From assembly GCA_019058315.1 (NCBI GenBank), contig JAHPZH010000002.1, positions 672,001 through 736,000 on the forward strand: a stretch of 64,000 bases of DNA, given 5' to 3'. Shown here in pieces: positions 19,369-27,455 of the stretch. The notes under the pieces were generated by a model, which had not been told where the DNA came from, did not search any database, and saw nothing but the letters and a program-made list of their open reading frames with translations. A program made the position numbers and the translations under genes. Position 1 is the stretch's first letter, and every line of letters begins with the position of its first letter. The stretch is from Candidatus Helarchaeota archaeon (lineage in GTDB: Archaea; Asgardarchaeota; Lokiarchaeia; Helarchaeales; RDOG01).

Positions 19369-20820
19369 TTGATAAATCATGATTATAACTCTCTATTCAA
19401 ACCAAAAAATATCGCAATAATGGGAGCTTCTAATAATATTCAAACTTTTGGAACTATGCATCTTCTTAATTTGATATCGGGGGGTTATGAAGGTGATATA
19501 ATTCCAATCCATCCAAAACAAGAAAAAATTGCGGGATTGAAAGTATATAAATCAATAAAAGAAGTTCCCACTCAAGTAGATTTGTGCTTAATGGTTTTGC
19601 CTACAAAAATCGTTGTGGAAAAGATACAAGAATGCGGAGAGGCGGGAGTTGGGTCGATTATTATAGTATCAGCAGGATTTAAAGAAATTGGCAATTATGA
19701 AGAAGAGGAAAAAATTCGTAATATTGCAAAAAAATTTAATATTAATGTTGTTGGAGTTAATTGCATTGGAGAAATCATCCCCGCTTCAAAAATAAACATG
19801 ACACCAATACCAATATATCCAGAACCCGGTCATGTGGCTTTGATTTCACAAAGTGGAACGTATGCCTGTCATACGTTAATAAGCAACCAAGATTTAAAAT
19901 TTTCTAAAATCATTAGTCTTGGAAACGAGACATGTCTTGATATCGTGGACTTTTTAGACTATTGTAGAAGTGATGAAGAAACTAAAGTTATCGGCCTTTA
20001 TATAGAAGGAATTAGAAGAGGAAAGGAATTTTTTGAAGCTGCAAGCAAAACTACTCCTAAAAAACCGGTATTAGCCTTGATTATAGGTTCCACTGAAGCT
20101 GGTTCTCGCTCTGCACTTGCCCATACTGGTGCAATAGCCGGGCAATCAAATATTATAAGTTCAATCTTAAAACAAACAGGTATAATTCAAGTAGAAACAG
20201 GACTTGAACTGCTAAATAGTCTCATGTGTCTTTCAAATCAACCAATTCCCAAAGGTAATAGATTTGGTGTTATCACAGTTGGTGGTGGTCCTGGAACTGT
20301 TTTTGCTGATTTATTAGAAAAAAATAACGTAAAAGTTCCAAAATTATCCGAAGAACTGCAAGAGAAACTCCGAAATACCCTACCTGAAACTGCAGGAGTA
20401 TCCAATCCCATTGACATTACTTTTGATAGAGATTGGGGAAATTTATTCAAAAAAGTTCCCAAACTCCTGTTAAAATCTCCAGAGATTGATGGGATAGTCT
20501 TATATGGTATATTTGGGATGGGTTTTTTTAGCAAAATTATAGAAGGATCTCCTATCGATTTATCTTTCATGAAATATAATGAAGAAATGGCAGATATGTT
20601 TAAATCAGTTGTCTCAAAAGAATTAAAGGGTTTGATTAATCTTGGTAAAAAATATAACAAACCAATAATAGGATCATCAGTTTTTAGAAGAAATGATGAC
20701 TTCATCATTAAATTTTGCCAAGATAATGGGTTACCAGTTTTTGTATTGGAAGATTCGATAAAACCAGTTATAAATATGGTTAAATATGCAGAATGGAAGA
20801 AAAAATTAGCGAAAAATTAG
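19369..20820 (+). CDS. acdA: Acetate/acyl-CoA ligase (ADP-forming), alpha subunit
   Basis: 'LFKPKNIAIMGAS', 'SAGFKE', 'ALISQSG', 'SLGNE', phospho-His motif 'AHTGAIAG', 'NPIDIT'. Confidence 0.85.
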   Translation: MINHDYNSLFKPKNIAIMGASNNIQTFGTMHLLNLISGGYEGDIIPIHPKQEKIAGLKVYKSIKEVPTQVDLCLMVLPTKIVVEKIQECGEAGVGSIIIVSAGFKEIGNYEEEEKIRNIAKKFNINVVGVNCIGEIIPASKINMTPIPIYPEPGHVALISQSGTYACHTLISNQDLKFSKIISLGNETCLDIVDFLDYCRSDEETKVIGLYIEGIRRGKEFFEAASKTTPKKPVLALIIGSTEAGSRSALAHTGAIAGQSNIISSILKQTGIIQVETGLELLNSLMCLSNQPIPKGNRFGVITVGGGPGTVFADLLEKNNVKVPKLSEELQEKLRNTLPETAGVSNPIDITFDRDWGNLFKKVPKLLLKSPEIDGIVLYGIFGMGFFSKIIEGSPIDLSFMKYNEEMADMFKSVVSKELKGLINLGKKYNKPIIGSSVFRRNDDFIIKFCQDNGLPVFVLEDSIKPVINMVKYAEWKKKLAKN

Positions 20821-20858
20821 TGAAATATACACACCAAAAATGAGGTGGGGTAATTTAC

Positions 20859-21368
20859 TTACCATTTATTTATATTGGATTTATCTAATACACCATAATT
20901 GAAAATTATATCTGTTAGGATAAGTTTAATTGTTCCTTTATATTCGTTTTGCTCAAAATTATCAAATTCTGTGATTTTTTTCTCCCATTTTTCACCGCTT
21001 TGTAGAGTTAAATGTTCATTTCGGTATTCTATTTCAATTCCACCATTTTCATAAATATTTAAAACTGTTAATTGAGGAGTATCATAACCTTGACTCGTAA
21101 ATGGTAATTTATAAATACCAAACAATCTTGTTGAAATTCCCGCACCAACATCACCAGAGAAACTTCTACCATCACCATAAATTGCTATCAAGTTCTTATT
21201 AATTTTAAAATCCATTTGTCCCTGAAGAATTCTTGAATCTTTATCTAACTTATAAGTTGGAAAATCAATTAGAGCACATGGATAATTTCCATCTATTATT
21301 TCTCCAGTGGTTAGAATATGGTGATCGATAAAAGTAATAGATTGAGGATTTATTTTCAATTTATTCAC
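20859..21368 (-). CDS. Hypothetical protein
   Basis: 169-aa ORF 3 nt downstream of the FGE-domain gene on the same strand. Confidence 0.65.
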   Translation of the reverse strand: MNKLKINPQSITFIDHHILTTGEIIDGNYPCALIDFPTYKLDKDSRILQGQMDFKINKNLIAIYGDGRSFSGDVGAGISTRLFGIYKLPFTSQGYDTPQLTVLNIYENGGIEIEYRNEHLTLQSGEKWEKKITEFDNFEQNEYKGTIKLILTDIIFNYGVLDKSNINKW

Positions 21369-21371
21369 ATT

Positions 21372-22358
21372 TTATGATGTATAAATAATATCTTTAAGAT
21401 TTTTAACCAAGCGAATATTACATCCATATTCACATTCTACATCAGTAGCACGATTTGCAGATATCATTAAGAGCCATTCACCACAATCTTGCCAAGGATA
21501 AATATTTGCGGCTCCACCTCTAACGATTCGGTTTTCACTATCACCCGACCAACTTGATCCATCACTAGGAGCGTTTTCGTAATTAGGGTGCCAATTATCA
21601 GTACAAACTTCCGCAAATGCTCCCATGTCTACAAGACCAAATCCATTGCTATATTTGTCATTTTCTTCATCGTCATCATATGTTCCAATCCATTCGCTCC
21701 CATCAGGTATTGTATTCCCCCAGTAGAATATCGATTTTGTTCCTGCTCTATATGAATATTCCCATTGAGCTTCGGATGGCAAATCACATCCAGTTTTTTT
21801 AAGTAACTCATCAATTTCGTCCAAGAATAACGCAGCTTGATCTGTTTCCAGTCTATTGCCTTCTTCATCTATCTTGATTAACTTTCTTACCTCATCAAGC
21901 AATATCGGAAATTTAGAAATCAAAAATGGTTCCAATTTGACTTCGTGGACGGGTCGCATCGACTCCACATTATCCAAGTACTCTTCAATGAATTCTTCCT
22001 CAATATTTGGTTCAATGGTTCCTGATTCAATTTCCTCACCATCTTCATCCGTCAATGTGAAACTAGCGCCGCCTAAACCACTATCTTTAGGTTCGATTTG
22101 GCGTAACGCCTGCTCTTCACTTTCTGAAAAACCCATTTGAAATTTCCCACCCGGAATCAAATTAAATAAAAATCCAGTTGCTTTCTGTTTAAATGTGGCA
22201 ATGCGTATGGCGTTACTCTTCTTCCCAAATGATTTTACATAAGATAATTCAAATTCTTTTTCAAGTTTAGAGAGCAGTTGATTAATAATTTCATCTTGTT
22301 GTTTTTCATTAGCTGCCTTCCATTCATTTAAATCCATTAAAATGTCGAATTTTACCAT
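21372..22358 (-). CDS. Formylglycine-generating enzyme (SUMF1/FGE-sulfatase) domain protein
   Basis: 'LIPGGKFQMG', 'PVHEVKLEPFLISKFP', 'LPSEAQWEYSYRAG', 'NGFGLVDM', 'RIVRGG'. Confidence 0.85.
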   Translation of the reverse strand: MVKFDILMDLNEWKAANEKQQDEIINQLLSKLEKEFELSYVKSFGKKSNAIRIATFKQKATGFLFNLIPGGKFQMGFSESEEQALRQIEPKDSGLGGASFTLTDEDGEEIESGTIEPNIEEEFIEEYLDNVESMRPVHEVKLEPFLISKFPILLDEVRKLIKIDEEGNRLETDQAALFLDEIDELLKKTGCDLPSEAQWEYSYRAGTKSIFYWGNTIPDGSEWIGTYDDDEENDKYSNGFGLVDMGAFAEVCTDNWHPNYENAPSDGSSWSGDSENRIVRGGAANIYPWQDCGEWLLMISANRATDVECEYGCNIRLVKNLKDIIYTS

Positions 22359-22424
22359 TTTAAATCACTTTAATTCTATTTATGATATGGATACATTTTT
22401 CAATTCCCTTTAAATACTTCTTTC

Positions 22425-22505
22425 AAATATTAAAAAAAATTTGATTCCTATCTAAGATTTCAAGAAATTTAAGCGAAGTTACCAAAATGTGTTATTTCTT
22501 ATTGA
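22425..22505 (+). repeat. Degenerate copy of the 3' end of the LRR gene (25208-25290)
   Basis: 'ttcaagaaatt.aagcgaagttaccaaaatgt.ttatttcttattga' is present at both sites. Confidence 0.8.
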
Positions 22506-22538
22506 GTTTTTCTTGATTGAACTATTTCTGGTCTAATT

Positions 22539-24338
22539 CTAGAATTTATATTTTTTGATTTTATTTTGAAGAAAAAGAGTTGTTGCTTTTAATGGATTTA
22601 CATGCAGGAAACGGGGTGGATAAATGCGAATTTCACAAGAATTTCTGGTGGGTAAATTTCCAGGACAATAAACTATTGCGTTTCCTACCTTCAATGTAAA
22701 AAGATCTTTTTTTAGCGTTGTAGGTATACTGACCGTGTCAATATCTGCTTTAGACCCTCGAAATAAAACTAACGAGTTTGATTGTTCGACCACGTTGGGA
22801 TTTAATTTTCTGAGACTTTGAGATGCAGATATCAATGAAACCATGTATTTGCGTCCTTCTGTTGCTAAAATTGTAAATTCTTCATTAATATATTTTCCAA
22901 AAATGTTCAAATACCCGCTTGCCCCATATTTATATGGAATTAATTCATGAGCTTCATCTATGATTACTACACTCTGCTTTTTTAAAAAATCTTCAAGCTT
23001 ATCCTTATTTGCAGCTTGTGTCTTATAATGTATGATTTTTGAGATTAAGGAGAACAATAAAATTGTTCGCAATTGTTCATATCCCCGTATTCGAGGCAAG
23101 TAGAAAAACACAATCTTTTTGTTTAAAATCTCTCTAATATTTGGTTCGCTCACCATGTCGAATATTTGAGCTGCTTGAAAATTTGATAATTCTCTAATTA
23201 GATTTTGTGCCGTGGGCTTGCTTGATTTTATTTCGTATGAACTATTTGAATTGAAAGTCCAAATAACTTGATTCTTATCCTCTTCATTACTTTCCTTGAT
23301 CCACTTGTAAAAATTTTCGAAGTTGAATTCGCTATTTATTTCCATATAGACTTTAAAAAGATTCTTAAGAACGTCTTGAGCTTTATTCGTGAGATTTGGT
23401 AAATAAATGCAGAGCTCTTCGCCTGTTTTGATATTTTTCGAATCTTTACCATAATCTTCCCACGGAAAAATCTTTAAAAAACCTTCAACATTAATAAAAA
23501 AGGGCTTGTAAAAACTCATGTCCCGAATCATGAGAATATCATCTAAACCCTCAAATTTTAAATTTAAATCTTGTAAAAGGAGTTTTGTGCTGGGATCGCT
23601 GTATTCTTCCGGCATCGCTTTCATTATTTGACAGAGATCACCTTGAGTATCGATTACTATTAGATTAGTATCCTCCTTTATGAGTTCTAGAATAATATTT
23701 TTTAATAAAATGCTCTTTCCTTGCCCTGTCATACCCCCAATAGCAAGGTGTTTTGAGATAAAAGATCTATTGAGTATATATTTAACTGGAATATCTTGGA
23801 TTCTCATAATGTCGTCTTTATCACATATTATTCCAAGTGAAATACCCTCAGATGGTGTGGGTAGCCCATTAATTTCAAGAATTTCTTCTGTTAATGCTTG
23901 AAATACTGGTGATCCAGGTGTCGGAAGGATTTTAATACGACGGAAATCTCGGAGCGAAACCCCATGCGAGTTCAGAAGGCGTACTTTGAGTAGTGCAGTC
24001 CCTTCCTTATAATCCGATTTGGTCATGATATAATCCTCTACTATACCAGAAAGAATCTCATTCCCTCCTTCTTCGTATACCAAGATATACTGTTCTAATT
24101 GTGGAAGATAATCTTCATTTTCTCTAGAAATAGCCACGTAAATGTTCTCAAAACCCTTAATTGGTGCTGTAACTGCACCCACTGGAGTCCGACCCTCAAA
24201 ACGCTCCGATTTCGTGGTAAATTTCTTCTTATCCACCCACATCTTTAACTTTTTCAATGCAATGTTCATATAATCTATGATCTCAGCATTATCATGATCT
24301 TCCAAATCAAAAACCTCTTTTTTAAATAGAAAATCCAC
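22539..24338 (-). CDS. herA: HerA/FtsK-family ATPase (HAS barrel plus P-loop)
   Basis: 'KHLAIGGMTGQGKS' Walker A, 'IVIDTQGD', 'IIDEAHE' Walker B, 'EGRKY', 'ASQ'; 'LPTPGSPVF' after the barrel. Confidence 0.85.
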   Translation of the reverse strand: MDFLFKKEVFDLEDHDNAEIIDYMNIALKKLKMWVDKKKFTTKSERFEGRTPVGAVTAPIKGFENIYVAISRENEDYLPQLEQYILVYEEGGNEILSGIVEDYIMTKSDYKEGTALLKVRLLNSHGVSLRDFRRIKILPTPGSPVFQALTEEILEINGLPTPSEGISLGIICDKDDIMRIQDIPVKYILNRSFISKHLAIGGMTGQGKSILLKNIILELIKEDTNLIVIDTQGDLCQIMKAMPEEYSDPSTKLLLQDLNLKFEGLDDILMIRDMSFYKPFFINVEGFLKIFPWEDYGKDSKNIKTGEELCIYLPNLTNKAQDVLKNLFKVYMEINSEFNFENFYKWIKESNEEDKNQVIWTFNSNSSYEIKSSKPTAQNLIRELSNFQAAQIFDMVSEPNIREILNKKIVFFYLPRIRGYEQLRTILLFSLISKIIHYKTQAANKDKLEDFLKKQSVVIIDEAHELIPYKYGASGYLNIFGKYINEEFTILATEGRKYMVSLISASQSLRKLNPNVVEQSNSLVLFRGSKADIDTVSIPTTLKKDLFTLKVGNAIVYCPGNLPTRNSCEIRIYPPRFLHVNPLKATTLFLQNKIKKYKF

Positions 24339-24464
24339 ATATTTTGATGTTATTATTCTGGCAAATCTTGAAATTTTCTCAATTAATAAAATTGATTTAG
24401 ATAAAAAAATTAAAAGTATTAATTCTTATTTCGTATTAATTAAAAAACTACTAATGGTTGTTTT

Positions 24465-25289
24465 ATGCCTACAAAAAATATTGATATTTCTTATGAAAAT
24501 AAAGAGGACCAAATAATTTTGGGAAGTCTCCACACAATTTCTACGTTTTTATGTGCAAAGGGAAGTTTTAACCATAAACCTGCTCTTAAAAAAGTAGATC
24601 CCTCCATAGATTTTGATAAATTTGAAGTTTTAATTAAAAAAATCGAAAGAAGTATGATTGGATTTCGTAGAGGAATATTACCTATAGAGTTGAATTATAA
24701 GGATGAGAAGCAAAGAGAAACATTAAAACCTGTAATTAAAGAGATAGCAAAATTTATGGATAAAATTGTAAAATCTGGTCAGAAGGCATTTTTCAAAGAA
24801 GTTGATCGGATTTATGAACATATTATATGCTCTGTTCCCAATGCTATAGAGTATCTAGCGTTGGACCAAGAATTAGATAATCCAGAGGAAGTATATATTG
24901 TAAATATGGGTGATTTAGGTGTTTCTGGTCAATATGATTACCTTTATTCATTGTTAAGTCATTTACCACAATTTCCAAATTTACAAGCTATATTTCTCTA
25001 TGGTTGCTATTTGCGAAATTATGATATCCAAAATATCGAATTCAGCAAATTTCAGGACTTGCGATTATTAGATTTTTCTCAATGTTCTCTTGACTATATT
25101 CCAAAATCAATTTTAAAATGTAAGAAATTAGAAGATCTTAGTTTCTATGAAAACAAATTAAATACCCTTCCCGACGAATTAGGTGAATTAAAAACTTTAA
25201 AAAAATTAAATATTAAGATAAACTCGATTCCTAATCAAAAAATTCAAGAAATTCAAGCGAAGTTACCAAAATGTATTATTTCTTATTGA
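24465..25289 (+). CDS. Protein with C-terminal leucine-rich repeats
   Basis: 'LDYIPKSILKCKKLEDLSFYENKLNTLPDELGELKTLKKLNIKIN...IQAKLPKC'. Confidence 0.8.
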   Translation: MPTKNIDISYENKEDQIILGSLHTISTFLCAKGSFNHKPALKKVDPSIDFDKFEVLIKKIERSMIGFRRGILPIELNYKDEKQRETLKPVIKEIAKFMDKIVKSGQKAFFKEVDRIYEHIICSVPNAIEYLALDQELDNPEEVYIVNMGDLGVSGQYDYLYSLLSHLPQFPNLQAIFLYGCYLRNYDIQNIEFSKFQDLRLLDFSQCSLDYIPKSILKCKKLEDLSFYENKLNTLPDELGELKTLKKLNIKINSIPNQKIQEIQAKLPKCIISY

Positions 25290-25386
25290 TTTTTATTAAT
25301 ATAACTAATTTTTGAATAAATCAATTTTTTGAAAAAAAATTAAAATTAAATTATAAGTAAAAAATACTTTTTGATGCCAATAACTT

Positions 25387-26118
25387 TCAAGTTCTAAGCA
25401 TCCTGCCACAATATTCACATTGACATGGTGGTTTTTTTGGTAATGGTGCTTTACAAGCAGGACAGATCGAAATTTTAGGTCTTGATTTATATTTTTTCTT
25501 CCTTTTAAATTGATAACTTCTATAATTAGTATATACTGGTGAATGTGATTTAAAAGTTTGTTTTACTTTAAAAGTAATTATTAAGATGGCAAAGATTAAA
25601 ACGATACCAACAATAATTCCAATTAAAATAAACCTATTTTGTTTACGAGTAATAGAATCATCAAACAATTCTGGAAATAAAATAAACGGTAGTAATAAAT
25701 TGAACAATCTGGGGCTATTTACATGTCCCGAAATCGCTCTCCCTATGGTAGAAGTTGTCCCAAACTCAACAGGTTTGTCATTAACAAGAGCCCACACATC
25801 CAAATAACCAGCAGCTGTCATTGTAAAAGATAAATCACATGTTAATGCATCACCTTTAAAGTTTCGACTCCCAGTTCCGCTTCCAGAAAATCCTTCTATA
25901 GTGCAACTTCCACTCCAAGCAGTATTTGAATTGATAAAAACTATATAATCTGATTTTGCAAGATCTACACAAAATTGCATTGCCAAAAGTTTTAAAATAT
26001 CACTATCTTTTATCTCTGGATAATTTTGAACTGATATACTAATAATACTTACTGTTGAAACACTAATTATTGCTATTATCCCCAACGTTATATATTTCGA
26101 CCTTTTATTCATTAACAA
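25387..26118 (-). CDS. Membrane protein with C-terminal double zinc ribbon
   Basis: N- and C-proximal TM helices; 'CPACK...CEYCG'. Confidence 0.75.
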   Translation of the reverse strand: MLMNKRSKYITLGIIAIISVSTVSIISISVQNYPEIKDSDILKLLAMQFCVDLAKSDYIVFINSNTAWSGSCTIEGFSGSGTGSRNFKGDALTCDLSFTMTAAGYLDVWALVNDKPVEFGTTSTIGRAISGHVNSPRLFNLLLPFILFPELFDDSITRKQNRFILIGIIVGIVLIFAILIITFKVKQTFKSHSPVYTNYRSYQFKRKKKYKSRPKISICPACKAPLPKKPPCQCEYCGRMLRT

Positions 26119-26373
26119 CCCTCATTCAAATGTAAAATTTTTATTTAATTTAAAAATTTTGATTTTGGCAAGAATTAAATGAAATTTTTTTGAAATTTCA
26201 GTTAAATTAGATGAAGAGAGATACCATTATTCTTAATTTGAAATATATCAGTGGAAATAAAGATTTATAATAAAAATAAAATAGGTTAGATTAATTCAGC
26301 TCAATCTAACACAAAACCAAATAAATTGAATCAAATTCCAATAAAATTTCAGATTTCTTCGATTTTAAAATAT

Positions 26374-26628
26374 ACAAATTTAGCGTGATGAATTTGATCC
26401 CGTTGGGCTCGCCCATAGTCCTGAAATGGAAAAGCGAACAAGTGAGCCTTAATCATGATCATTAAGCTTTTTATCAATTAATTTTTAATCTTTAAAGCAT
26501 CCCAACAGCCTCAGTGTACCGGACTCGAACCGGTTGACCTAACAAGGGTTCCGGGTGTGCCTTTCAATTCCAAGATCCACGGTTTAATCTTCATTACTCA
26601 TAATAACTTGCTTATAAGCCAAATCTGC
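26374..26628 (-). ncRNA. Putative structured ncRNA / 3' element with a tRNA-like T-arm, directly after the DIP1984-like gene
   Basis: 11-bp terminal stem (26618-26628 with 26374-26384). T-arm ACCGG-TTCGAGT-CCGGT (26518-26534). Stem 26501-26508 with 26400-26407. GC content raised above other intergenic DNA. Confidence 0.7.
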
Positions 26629-27090
26629 TTATTTTTCCAATAATTCAGTTTCCCAATTTCTAGATTGAAGAATTTTATCGAGGTCTGCTTTCTTTTTTTC
26701 CATTTGGGCAATTAATTTAGCAATTTCATCTTGTTTTATTTGTGGGATGTATTCTACAGCTTGACCACCAAGATATACAGGACCTTTAGGTTTTAATGTT
26801 TCATATTGTGATAATTCCGACCGTAAATCTCCGATCATCAATATTAATTCCATTAATGAAATTTCCTTACCATCAACTTGAAGCTTAATGTTTGTATTCG
26901 TTCTATTTATCCTCACTTTAATGTCTCTTATTTCATCAATGAGATCATTAATCTCCTTGTTTACTTTATCAAATACGACATCAATGGTTTTATTCTCTAA
27001 TACATTAAATGTATCATATCTTAATCTATTTAATCGATTGAGTTTGCTTTGCATGATTTTTAACTCTTGTAGTGCTGCACCTAGCAACAT
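26629..27090 (-). CDS. DIP1984/septicolysin-like (DUF6847-type) coiled-coil protein
   Basis: Family pattern: M.L..AL ('MLLGAAL'), 'INRTN', 'ISLMELI', 'LDKILQSRNWETEL'. Start placed at ATG 27090, which has AAGGAG upstream; the ORF track extends to 27129. Confidence 0.8.
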   Translation of the reverse strand: MLLGAALQELKIMQSKLNRLNRLRYDTFNVLENKTIDVVFDKVNKEINDLIDEIRDIKVRINRTNTNIKLQVDGKEISLMELILMIGDLRSELSQYETLKPKGPVYLGGQAVEYIPQIKQDEIAKLIAQMEKKKADLDKILQSRNWETELLEK

Positions 27091-27455
27091 TTGATCCAAC
27101 TCCTTAAATCTTTCAATTTCGTAATTCATAAATTTAGTATATTGATAATCAAGGGTTATTTATAAATCTGTAGATTTTAATAGAAAGCTAATTTATTTGA
27201 ATCAAATGATATCATTAATTTGGTTCGTTAAATGAAAAATTGAACAATATATCGTCAATATCGGACATTTTAGTCTTCATCAATAATTAAAAATTATATT
27301 TTATCAGTATAAAATGTTTAAAAAGAATTTTCTTTTGAATTAAAAAATTATAAAGAATAAAAGAATTATAATATATAATATATTAATTGATTTTTTTTTA
27401 ATTATTAATTTTAAAATTTTTAATAATATTACAAATAATGTAGGAGGTAAAAACA

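Noticed and set aside
21372-22358. Diversity-generating retroelement target (FGE/CLec fold)
   Set aside because: No reverse transcriptase and no template-repeat copy of the 3' end in this window.
26500-26590. Canonical tRNA or tRNA-Sec gene
   Set aside because: Only the T-arm is canonical. I could not form an acceptor stem or anticodon arm, and there is no UCA anticodon loop.
26374-26628. SRP RNA or RNase P RNA
   Set aside because: I could not find the SRP helix-8 motif or the RNase P GAGGAAAGUCC conserved region.
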